Below are positions 37,343-46,144 of a stretch of DNA of 64,000 nucleotides, piece by piece (the first letter of the stretch is position 1; each line of letters starts with the position of its first letter). The DNA is from Coriobacteriales bacterium (lineage in GTDB: Bacteria > Actinomycetota > Coriobacteriia > Coriobacteriales > UBA8131), in contig JAIRQA010000012.1 of assembly GCA_031256715.1 (NCBI GenBank), positions 525 through 64,524 on the forward strand, given 5' to 3'. A program made the translations under genes and the position numbers. Under the pieces are notes generated by a model. The model was not told the DNA's origin and made no database searches. It worked only from the letters and a program-made list of their open reading frames with translations.

Positions 37343-37481
37343 TCACACGAAACGCTAGTTGCCGGCGATTTCGTTTCGCTTGCGGCTATGCAAGCTATTC
37401 TCAACAAAATTCACACGAAACGCTAGTTGCCAGCATTTCCGTTTCGCTTGCGGTTGTACAAGTTATTCTCAACAAAATTCA
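37343..37481. repeat. 68-bp tandem duplication x2 between the AraC stop and the MFS start
   Basis: Copies start at 37343 and 37411. Each contains the inverted repeat cgaaacg...cgtttcg. Confidence 0.85.
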
Positions 37482-37490
37482 AATAAATTG

Positions 37491-38510
37491 CTAGCTGTTG
37501 CAAGCCTGAGACTCGTTTCTGTTCATACTCATGCGGTCGCGATAAGCCGAGGGCGCTTCTCCAAAGACTCGCTTGAATGCTGCCGCGAACTTGCTGGGAC
37601 TTTCGTAGCCCATTGCCTCGGCAACCGAAAACACCAACTCGCCATCTGCGAGCATTGTGCTTGCCTGCTCCATGCGTGTTCGTGTCATGAAGCGTGCATA
37701 GGGCTCGCCATATAACTCTTTAAAAGCGGTTTTAAACATCGTTGGGCACATGCCAAATTTTCTAGAGATATCGCCAATTGTGTATCGCGTAAAAAGATGA
37801 TTGACTGCATGGTTTTTGGCTTCGCTCGTTAGGCGCAAAATTTCAAACGCGCATTCCGGGCGGCTAAGGCTTTTTTTAGGAACAGCGCGCGCATCTATTC
37901 TTGCCAAGAGTTCTAGAACTCCAAGACGAAGTAGCGGTATAGCCGCATTGCGCTTATGAAGCTCGATGGTGTCAACGGCTTTCTCGATCCCTAAATCTAT
38001 AGACATAATAAATAGCATTTCGTTTTGGCAATATGAATCTATGAGACTAGACAATTTAATGCCCAAAGGCTCAAGTAAATCCTTAGAGTGCGACTCTACA
38101 AGCGCAATGTCTATAATCAAGCCAAAGCCACGATATCTATTTGATGGCAACTCTAAGTTCCAGCAGGCGTCAGGATTGGCGATGGGGGCACGCGCCCAAT
38201 CGGACACGCTGGTTAGGGCGAGCGAGACATCATTAGGAAGTAATGTAGAGAAGGACTTCCGCTTGGGAAACAAAACGCGAAGCATGCCTTCACGACAGAT
38301 GTTAACTTCTAAAATTGTGCGGGGGTTGGGTGAATCGCCAATGATGTCACGGGCGATTGCCATGTCGTTAAAGACGTAACAGTTTGATGAATTATACTGA
38401 TGAAAAGCGGCATAAAGTCCGGGAATTACCTTATAAACCCACATAAATGAGCTTTTTTCATTTCTGTGCGGCAGCAACTCAAATGCCAGAGAGTCATCGT
38501 CTTTGTACAT
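37491..38510 (-). CDS. AraC-family transcriptional regulator
   Basis: C-terminal double HTH (ISRKFGMCPTMFKTAFKELYGEPYARFMTRTRMEQA...VAEAMGYESPSKFAAAFKRVFGEAPSAYR). It is divergent from the ECF/NRPS operon. Confidence 0.9.
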   Translation of the reverse strand: MYKDDDSLAFELLPHRNEKSSFMWVYKVIPGLYAAFHQYNSSNCYVFNDMAIARDIIGDSPNPRTILEVNICREGMLRVLFPKRKSFSTLLPNDVSLALTSVSDWARAPIANPDACWNLELPSNRYRGFGLIIDIALVESHSKDLLEPLGIKLSSLIDSYCQNEMLFIMSIDLGIEKAVDTIELHKRNAAIPLLRLGVLELLARIDARAVPKKSLSRPECAFEILRLTSEAKNHAVNHLFTRYTIGDISRKFGMCPTMFKTAFKELYGEPYARFMTRTRMEQASTMLADGELVFSVAEAMGYESPSKFAAAFKRVFGEAPSAYRDRMSMNRNESQACNS

Positions 38511-38787
38511 CTGAACAATGTTGTCGCCAAGATGATATATATGCTTTGTAGGCTCCTTAATAGCTCTCGCCTCCTCTTCCTATAAATAAAAAATCTTTAT
38601 ATCCCAAACAGAATAAAACAGTTGCATTTGTCTTATTGCGTACAGATATCACGTCCGAATGGGCTAGTGAATATGTCCGTATGGTTCTTTTAGGATCATA
38701 AAAGTTAGCTTATACTAACTAATGTTATCACAACTTCTGCACATTGTGCAATAGAGAAATTTTTATAAAAGTATTTTTATAAGAGCG

Positions 38788-39618
38788 ATGGCTGCGAGGA
38801 GGCAGCGTTTAAGTATGACAGTGGCAATAAAAAGCTGGCGGGAAACAAGGAAAGGTAAACGCGCCTTAGATATAGAGCGCCAAATTGAGCGTTCTATGAA
38901 CGAAAGGCGTTCGCTTGATCCTCGTGCGCAAATAATAATTCTTATTGCAATGAATCTTATGGCAACGACACCTACGCCTATGGCCTTAGACATCATTGGT
39001 GTGTTTTTAGCCGCGGCAATTCTTGTTTACTGTAAGCGCTTGGCAGCGGCAACTGTTTGGCTTGTGGTCTATGTTATAGTTTGGCTTGCCGCGCTATTGT
39101 GCGCGATGTCGGCAGATCCTTTATTTGTGTCATCTGGGGCAATGCTCATGATGATGCGCAAGGTTTTTAGCATCGCTATGTTGGCAACAAACCTGATTTT
39201 TACAATTCGTGTAGGTGAGTTGGCTTGTGCGCTGCAAAGCATGCATGTGCCGCGTTTGGTAATCATAGCTCTTTGTGTGGTATTGCGTTTCTTTCCTATT
39301 TTGGGTGCAGAGGCATCTGCTGTTGTGCAAGCAATGAAGTTGCGTGGTATTCGGCTATCTTTAAAAAATATTGTTCGGCATCCGCTAAAAATGATTGAGT
39401 ACTTTGCAGTGCCACTGCTTTTGCGCATTTCTGTTGTTACAGATGAGATTGCTCGCGCTGTTACTGTGCGCGGAATAGACTCTAAGCACAAGCGTACATC
39501 ATTGCATGTGCTTCGCATAGGAGTTGCCGGATGGATTTTTCTGATTTTGGTTGCCATTTTTGCTGTTGCCTCTATAGTACTTGTTCGTGACGAAATTACC
39601 TTCATGGGGCTGTTTTAA
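38788..39618 (+). CDS. ECF transporter transmembrane (T) component, EcfT/CbiQ family
   Basis: Polytopic membrane protein with the two coupling-helix xRG motifs (AMKLRGIRL, AVTVRGID). The start is uncertain: ATG 38815 has SD GGAGG, and ATG 38896 gives a typical MxxxxSLDPRAQ N-terminus. Confidence 0.8.
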   Translation: MAARRQRLSMTVAIKSWRETRKGKRALDIERQIERSMNERRSLDPRAQIIILIAMNLMATTPTPMALDIIGVFLAAAILVYCKRLAAATVWLVVYVIVWLAALLCAMSADPLFVSSGAMLMMMRKVFSIAMLATNLIFTIRVGELACALQSMHVPRLVIIALCVVLRFFPILGAEASAVVQAMKLRGIRLSLKNIVRHPLKMIEYFAVPLLLRISVVTDEIARAVTVRGIDSKHKRTSLHVLRIGVAGWIFLILVAIFAVASIVLVRDEITFMGLF

Positions 39619-41441
39619 TGGCATACGCTATAGAATTTAAAGACGTAAGTTTTAGTTATGGTGCTTTATCAGAGCAGAAAAACGCTGTGCTTTCTAACAT
39701 TCACTTAAACGTGGCGCAAGGTGAATGCGTTTGTGTTACAGGCTCATCCGGATGCGGTAAGACTACACTCACGCGACTCGTTAATGGCCTTATTCCTTCT
39801 TTTTATGAGGGCACAAAGCAAGGTGAGGTTTTTGTTAATGGCATAGAGCTTGAGCAATGGGAGATGGACGAACTTTGTCGTGCGGTTGGGTCGGTGTTTC
39901 AAAACCCACGCAGTCAGTTCTTTAATTTAGACACGACGTCTGAACTTGCCTATGGTTGCGAGAATCTAGGGGTTAGTCGCGCAGAAACCCTGAGTAATGT
40001 TACTCGCGCGGCGGAGCTTTTAAACCTTCAGCATCTTTTAGATCGTGACATACACGATCTTTCTGGTGGCGAGCGCCAGCTACTGGCACTAGGCGCGGCG
40101 TGTGCCATGGGTGCTGACATCTTTGTTTTAGATGAGCCCACAGCCAACCTTGACGCGATTGCAACACAGGCGGTAAAGCGTACACTTCAGGCTCTTAAAA
40201 GCCAAGGGAAAACTATTCTTATGGTAGAGCATCGCCTGCATTGGCTTGATGGTTTGGTAGATCGCATGGTGTGCATGAGCGATGGGCGCATTATTAACGA
40301 TTATACAGTTAGCGAGTTTTGCAGATTGTCTACGGATGAGTTGGCTTTGATGGGGCTGCGTGCTTGGACGCTTTGCGATTTGCGTGTAAGCAAACATGAG
40401 ATAAACGCTTGCGAAAACGAACTACAAAATAGCGATGCGATCACAGTGGCACCATTTAGCATTCAGGCCGATAGCCTGCGTGCCAAACACCGTAAAAACA
40501 ATGAGGTGCTTAAGGGTCTGTCGTTTACGGTAACAGGGGGTCACGCGATTGCTGTCGTGGGGCGCAACGGACAGGGAAAGTCTACGTTGGCACATGTTAT
40601 TGCGGGACTTATGCGCGAGACCTATGGTGGCATCTCTGTTGACGCTCGCCCGCTTAGCGTGCGCGACCGCGTTGGCAACATCTATTTGGTGTTACAAGAA
40701 TCTGGGTATCAGCTTTTCGCTTCTAGCGTGCGCAAGGAGTTTACTATTGGCATGAAATCTGTAAGCGAAAATGACATGGCAGAAATTGATGATTTAATTT
40801 CGCGCTTTGCGCTTGTAGATAAAAGCGAGCGTCATCCGGCAAGTTTGTCGGGAGGCGAAAAGCAGCGGCTTGCCTTGGCGGTTGGCATTCATGCCGGAGC
40901 AAAGCTTTTAGTGCTAGATGAACCAACAAGTGGCTTAGATTATACAAATATGCGTCGCTGTGCCTTAGAGATTCGGCGACTTGTAAATTCTGGTCGTTGT
41001 GTTTTTGTAATCACGCACGATGTAGAGCTGGTTGCGGCGGCTTGCGATCAGGTTATAGAGGTAAATCGTGGTAGGGCGCATAGCACTTATGAGCTTAATG
41101 AGCGCACTTTGCCACGTGTGCTAAATATTTTGGCACCTGATTATGGCGAGTGTGCGCATGAGCAAGTGGCCTCGCATGAAAGCGAAAAAACGGCTTCACA
41201 TGAGCATGAGCAAGTGGTTGTGCGTGAAGACGAAAATTCGGCTTCGCATGAACGTGAACAAGTTGTTGCGCGCGGGCAAGACGAAGTGCTTATGCGCGGG
41301 CAAGACGAAGCGGTTGTAGTATCTGGCCTGCAAGCGCAAAGAAGGGATGTTGTTTATGCGCAGGAGCAAACGTTAAATGGCGCCGTCTTTTCTCGACATA
41401 AAAAAACTTTAAATGACAGGACGCAAGATATTCCGCCCTAA
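39618..41441 (+). CDS. ECF transporter ATPase, fused duplicated ABC domains (EcfA-EcfA')
   Basis: Two Walker A motifs (GSSGCGKTT, GRNGQGKST), two signatures (LSGGERQ, LSGGEKQ), and Walker B motifs IFVLDEPT / LLVLDEPT. The ATG overlaps the EcfT stop. About 100 aa of repeat-rich C-terminal tail. Confidence 0.9.
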   Translation: MAYAIEFKDVSFSYGALSEQKNAVLSNIHLNVAQGECVCVTGSSGCGKTTLTRLVNGLIPSFYEGTKQGEVFVNGIELEQWEMDELCRAVGSVFQNPRSQFFNLDTTSELAYGCENLGVSRAETLSNVTRAAELLNLQHLLDRDIHDLSGGERQLLALGAACAMGADIFVLDEPTANLDAIATQAVKRTLQALKSQGKTILMVEHRLHWLDGLVDRMVCMSDGRIINDYTVSEFCRLSTDELALMGLRAWTLCDLRVSKHEINACENELQNSDAITVAPFSIQADSLRAKHRKNNEVLKGLSFTVTGGHAIAVVGRNGQGKSTLAHVIAGLMRETYGGISVDARPLSVRDRVGNIYLVLQESGYQLFASSVRKEFTIGMKSVSENDMAEIDDLISRFALVDKSERHPASLSGGEKQRLALAVGIHAGAKLLVLDEPTSGLDYTNMRRCALEIRRLVNSGRCVFVITHDVELVAAACDQVIEVNRGRAHSTYELNERTLPRVLNILAPDYGECAHEQVASHESEKTASHEHEQVVVREDENSASHEREQVVARGQDEVLMRGQDEAVVVSGLQAQRRDVVYAQEQTLNGAVFSRHKKTLNDRTQDIPP

Positions 41442-41507
41442 GATCTAAGGCACCTATAGGACGCAAGATATTTTGCCTTAAGACCTAATGCGCCTATAGG
41501 ACGCAAC
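41418..41507. repeat. 40-bp tandem repeat x2.25 whose first copy contains the ECF-ATPase stop codon
   Basis: Units at 41418-41457 (TAA at 41439-41441) and 41458-41497, with a partial copy at 41498-41507. Confidence 0.9.
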
Positions 41508-41693
41508 AAAATCTAGCAAAAGAAGTTAATTAAAAAGCAAGCCAAAAAGCTGGGCAAAAATTAAGCAAGAACGAAGGTTATTTGATAATCAAGCAAGTAC
41601 AAAAGTTAGTCTTATACAACATTTGTAAGTGTAATATCTGTAAGCTCTCGCAGCTACAAGAGCCGCGGGAATTTAGAAAGGAAGCGTGATCTT

Positions 41694-42296
41694 ATGGCAA
41701 TAGGAAGTAATAATAAATGGCAAGGCAAGGATGTCATTCGTCTTGCGGTTTTTTCGCTCGTGCTATTTTTGGCAATGCTGGTGGGGGCGATGCCTTTTAG
41801 CATCACCTTAACCTCGTATTTTTATGGTGACGCGCTGGGAGCTGTGTTTGCCGGCATAGTTTGGATGTATATGCGTGGCACAATTCGCAAACCATGGGCT
41901 TGCCTGATTTCGTCGATCATTGTTGCCGCAGTTGCCTTTTTAATGGGGCAGATTTGGACGGCAGTACTTGGTATTGTTATTGGCGGCATTATCGCTGAGT
42001 TAATCGTGCGCGCAGGAAAATACACCAGTGCTGTAAGCAATATTATTGCTTTTGTTGTCTGGGTCTTGTGCTTTTGGGTGGGTCATGGCATTCTTGCGGT
42101 CTTTTCTGCCGATATGTTCAGAGAAATGATGCTTAACGCTCATATGACTGGCGAGCAGGTAGATTTGTTATTAAATGGCATTACAGGCATTAACTTAGTT
42201 CTTGCCCCCATTGCTTGCGTCGCTGGCGCACTAATTGGCAGTGGCTTGGGTTATGTCATCTTTAAAAAGCACTTTGCCCGCGCCACAGCATCGTAA
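41694..42296 (+). CDS. putative ECF transporter substrate-binding (S) component, MptD/Trep_Strep-like
   Basis: 200 aa and very hydrophobic (5-6 TM), with a basic C-terminal motif (FKKHFARATAS). It sits next to the ECF T and A-A genes. The family assignment is from memory of TIGR02185-type proteins and has not been verified. Confidence 0.55.
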   Translation: MAIGSNNKWQGKDVIRLAVFSLVLFLAMLVGAMPFSITLTSYFYGDALGAVFAGIVWMYMRGTIRKPWACLISSIIVAAVAFLMGQIWTAVLGIVIGGIIAELIVRAGKYTSAVSNIIAFVVWVLCFWVGHGILAVFSADMFREMMLNAHMTGEQVDLLLNGITGINLVLAPIACVAGALIGSGLGYVIFKKHFARATAS

Positions 42297-42314
42297 GGAA
42301 GGTTTGGGTTAGCG

Positions 42315-44381
42315 ATGACAAGCGAACAGCAAAAAAGCGTTAATACAAGCAATAACGAACGTAACGGCGAGCGCAGCAACGAACGCAGTGACGGACGTAA
42401 CAGCGAGCGCAGCAACGAGCGCAGCGGCGGACGTAATAGCGAACGTAATGACGAACGCACCAACGAACGCACCAACGAACGCGCAGAAACAAAAGGCGAT
42501 GGTCTTATTGCTTTAATTCGCTATGCTGGCAATCATCAGTGGCAGATTGTTCTTGGCTGTATATTGTCTGGCATCTCTGCGGTGCTAGCGCTCGTACCAT
42601 TTCTTTGCATTTGGCAGATTGCCTGCGAGCTATTAAGTGTGTTTCCAGATTTTTCTGCCGCCATAGATGTTGCGTTATACGCTTGGGTTGCTGCGGCTTC
42701 GGCGGCGGCAAGTGTCATCGCCTATATGGCTAGCTTGGGCTGCGCTCATCGTGCGGCGTTTCATGTTGCAACAAAAATTCGCAGTGTTTGCTGCAATCAT
42801 TTACTTCATGTGCCACTTGGTTACTATCAAAGTGTTTCTTCTGGTGAGTTGCGCCGCCGTATAGATTCCGGGGCCGACCTTACCGAAGACGTCATTGCGC
42901 ATAAATTACCAGATGTTGTTACTGCGATTGTAACACCTGTAGGCTTTATTGCCTTAAGTTTTGTTTTTGATTGGCGCTTGGGTTTGGCATGCCTGATACC
43001 TATCCTGCTTGGCTTTGTCTTATTAAGCATGACAATGGGCAAGGGAGCCGCAACCTCTATGGATGATTATCAGGATGCTCTTGATGCTATGAATGGTGAA
43101 GCTGTAGAGTATGTGCGCGGAATTCCTGTGGTAAAAATGTTTCAGCAGACGGTTTACTCGTTTAAGAGGTTTCATCACACCATCGTAGCCTACGGCAACC
43201 TTGCCTTTGGTTTTGCTCAATCTGGCTTAAAGCCGCAGCTTTATTTTGCGCTTGCCACGGCATCAACCTTTGTCATACTTATTCCGGTGGCGGCTTTTGC
43301 CGCAACGGCAGTAAGTAGCGATGCTTGGGCAGTTTTTGCGGCCGATGTTGTTTTTTATGCGGCGCTTTGTGGCATTACCTCCAGCATGCTTACACGCGTT
43401 ATGTACATAGGACAGTCTGTGATGTCGGCGCGTACTGCCATGCGCAATGTTAATGCGGTACTTGCGATAAAGCCTTTGTCGCAATTAGAGGTTCCTAAGC
43501 AGATGCGCAACGCCTCCATTGTTTTTGAAGATGTTTGCTTTACCTACCCAGATGCCTCTTATGAAGCCATCGCGCATGTTTCATTTAGTGTTCAACCTGG
43601 CATGCGCGTGGCGCTCGTTGGTCCATCTGGTGGTGGAAAATCTACTTGCGCATCGTTAATTCCTCGCTTTTGGGATGTAGACTCTGGCGCGGTAAAAGTA
43701 GGCGGATGCGATGTTCGCGATTTAGATCCTCGCGATTTAATGGAAAACGTGGCCTTTGTTTTTCAGGGTGGCAAGCTCTTTCGCGACTCTATTTTAGAAA
43801 ACGTGCGTGCTTCTCGCCCCGATGCAACGCGCGAAGAAGTTATGTTGGCACTAGCAGAAGCACACTGCGATGATATCATAGCTAAACTGCCTCAGGGAAT
43901 AGATACAGTTATTGGTGCTAGTGGCGTTTATCTTTCTGGTGGAGAGCACCAGCGCATCTTGCTTGCGCGAGCAATTCTTAAAGACGCGGCAATCGTTGTG
44001 TTAGACGAAGCAACAGCCTTTGCCGATGCCGATAACGAGGCGCGTATTCAGGAGAGCCTAAAGCGCATTATGAGTGGACGCACGGTTGTAACTATTGCAC
44101 ATAGGTTAACAACTGTTGTAGATGCCGATCAGATTTTGGTGCTTGCAAATGGAGCCATCGTAGAGCGCGGTACACATGAAGAGCTAATAAATGCAGCAGG
44201 GACATATAAGCGCATGTGGGACGACTACTGCAACTCTTTAACATGGGAGGTAACCGGCTTTGACGCAGGCGAAGATTTAAGCGCGCAAGCGCAGGGAGGC
44301 TCTGCAACAAATTTTCATCAACATCGCGAAACTCGCACAGGCGGGGCTGCAATCGCGCAAGCGCAGGGAGGTTACGAATGA
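42315..44381 (+). CDS. ABC transporter, fused permease-ATPase (type I exporter fold)
   Basis: N-terminal TMD and C-terminal NBD with Walker A GPSGGGKST, signature LSGGEHQR and Walker B VVLDEAT. About 60 aa of N-terminal (N/S/D)ER(S/N/T) repeat extension. Confidence 0.9.
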   Translation: MTSEQQKSVNTSNNERNGERSNERSDGRNSERSNERSGGRNSERNDERTNERTNERAETKGDGLIALIRYAGNHQWQIVLGCILSGISAVLALVPFLCIWQIACELLSVFPDFSAAIDVALYAWVAAASAAASVIAYMASLGCAHRAAFHVATKIRSVCCNHLLHVPLGYYQSVSSGELRRRIDSGADLTEDVIAHKLPDVVTAIVTPVGFIALSFVFDWRLGLACLIPILLGFVLLSMTMGKGAATSMDDYQDALDAMNGEAVEYVRGIPVVKMFQQTVYSFKRFHHTIVAYGNLAFGFAQSGLKPQLYFALATASTFVILIPVAAFAATAVSSDAWAVFAADVVFYAALCGITSSMLTRVMYIGQSVMSARTAMRNVNAVLAIKPLSQLEVPKQMRNASIVFEDVCFTYPDASYEAIAHVSFSVQPGMRVALVGPSGGGKSTCASLIPRFWDVDSGAVKVGGCDVRDLDPRDLMENVAFVFQGGKLFRDSILENVRASRPDATREEVMLALAEAHCDDIIAKLPQGIDTVIGASGVYLSGGEHQRILLARAILKDAAIVVLDEATAFADADNEARIQESLKRIMSGRTVVTIAHRLTTVVDADQILVLANGAIVERGTHEELINAAGTYKRMWDDYCNSLTWEVTGFDAGEDLSAQAQGGSATNFHQHRETRTGGAAIAQAQGGYE

Positions 44382-46144
44382 TGGCAAATGCTAACATAGA
44401 TAATAAACAACATGCTAGCTTTTTTATGCGCAAGTATAATCTGTCTAAGCAAGGGACACGAGTCTTTTATCGTGGTTTAGTTTGGTCTGCCATATCTAAC
44501 ATTGTTAATATGGCACCTGCTCTTATCTTGCTTATGGCACTTGTAGATATCGTGCGCCCTTTAGAAAATGGCGAAAGTTACGCGATTGAGCCATGGAAAT
44601 ATCTGCTCGCGTTTTTACTAACACTGCTTGCGGTGGGTATCGCGCAGGCACGCAAGTATCGCGCTACATTTTGCGATACTTACGAAGAAAGCAGCCGCCG
44701 TCGTATTGGAATTGCCGAGCGCCTGCGCGTCTTGCCCCTGTCCTTTTTTAGCAAACGCGACCTGGCAGACCTAACAACTGTCATCATGGGCGACTCCGAA
44801 AACAATGAGTTTGCAATCTCGCACACATTACCGCAACTTTGGGGCATGGTTGCCTTCATAATTGTCTCTGCTGTCGCGCTGCTTATTTGCGATTGGCGTA
44901 TGGCTTTGGCAAGTCTTTGGGTTGTGCCTGTTGCCTTAGGCGTAGTTTATGCCAGCAGAAGCACACAGAGAAAAATGGGCCGAGCCGTGGCTAATGCCAA
45001 GGTAGAAAGTGCCGAGTCTATACAAGAGTTAATCGAGTGCGCTCAAGACATTCGCGCTTGCAACCGCCAAGAGATTGTTGACGAGCACTTGTTGCAAAAA
45101 TTTATTTATGTCGAGAAGATGCAAGGGCGCTATGAGCTCTTTGCGTCGGTGGCACTTACTTCGGCACGTTCTTTTTTACAACTGGGCATAGCCACAACGT
45201 TACTTGTGGGTGTGGCGCTTCTTGTTATGGGCAGTCTTAGCTTGCCAATGTTTTTGCTTTTTGTTTTGGTGGCAACCCGAATCTATGACCCGGTTACAGA
45301 AATGCTGATGAACATTTTGGCGACCTTTGCCGCAGACGTGAGCAACGAGCGACTTGCCGCCATAGAAAACCACCCTATTGCCGGTGGCACAACAAGTTTT
45401 GTTCCTGAAAGTTTTAATATCACGTTTAAGGATGTGCATTTTGCCTATGATGAGGACGCAGATCCGGTTTTACATGGCGTTTCATTTATAGCGCGACAAG
45501 GACAAACCACCGCATTGGTAGGTCCATCAGGCTCAGGAAAGACTACGGTTTCTAAACTTGCTGCACGTCTTTGGGATGCACGGGAGGGAACTATTTGCTT
45601 GGACAACACAGACGTTACTTCTGTAGATCCGGAAACTTTACTAAGCAACTTTTCTCAGGTGTTTCAGGATGTTGTCTTGTTTAGTGGCACGATACGCGAA
45701 AATATACGTCTTGGTAAACGCGATGCTACAGATGAAGAGATAGAGGCTTGCGCACATGCTGCACAGTGCGATGAGTTCATTTTGCGTTTGCCAAAAGGCT
45801 TAGACACAGAACTTGCAGAAAATGGCGCGACACTATCTGGCGGTGAACGACAGCGCATCTCTATCGCTCGCGCTTTGCTTAAAGACGCGCCCATAGTCTT
45901 GCTTGACGAAGCAACTGCATCCCTAGACCCAGAGAGCGAAACGCTGGTGCAGCAGGCCATTGCCACGCTTACGGCAGGCAAGACAGTGCTCATGGTTGCT
46001 CATCGCATGCGTACTGTGCTACATGCCGACCACATAGTTGTGCTTGATGGCGGTCGTGTGGTAGAAGATGGCGCTCCCGACGAGCTGCTTAAACATGAGG
46101 GAATGTTTAAGCATCTATGCCAGTTGCAGGGTGCGTTGTCGTAA
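44378..46144 (+). CDS. ABC transporter, fused permease-ATPase (partner of the previous gene)
   Basis: The ATGA overlap with the upstream gene (44378-44381) implies coupling. Walker A GPSGSGKTT, signature LSGGERQR, Walker B VLLDEAT. Confidence 0.9.
   Translation: MMANANIDNKQHASFFMRKYNLSKQGTRVFYRGLVWSAISNIVNMAPALILLMALVDIVRPLENGESYAIEPWKYLLAFLLTLLAVGIAQARKYRATFCDTYEESSRRRIGIAERLRVLPLSFFSKRDLADLTTVIMGDSENNEFAISHTLPQLWGMVAFIIVSAVALLICDWRMALASLWVVPVALGVVYASRSTQRKMGRAVANAKVESAESIQELIECAQDIRACNRQEIVDEHLLQKFIYVEKMQGRYELFASVALTSARSFLQLGIATTLLVGVALLVMGSLSLPMFLLFVLVATRIYDPVTEMLMNILATFAADVSNERLAAIENHPIAGGTTSFVPESFNITFKDVHFAYDEDADPVLHGVSFIARQGQTTALVGPSGSGKTTVSKLAARLWDAREGTICLDNTDVTSVDPETLLSNFSQVFQDVVLFSGTIRENIRLGKRDATDEEIEACAHAAQCDEFILRLPKGLDTELAENGATLSGGERQRISIARALLKDAPIVLLDEATASLDPESETLVQQAIATLTAGKTVLMVAHRMRTVLHADHIVVLDGGRVVEDGAPDELLKHEGMFKHLCQLQGALS

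Noticed and set aside
46117-46143. The N-terminal extension of the PPTase ORF that overlaps the 3' end of the ABC gene.
   Set aside because: ATG 46144 (TAATG coupling) or ATG 46303 (start of the conserved Sfp-like core) are more plausible starts. The first 9 codons simply reflect an open frame within the upstream gene.
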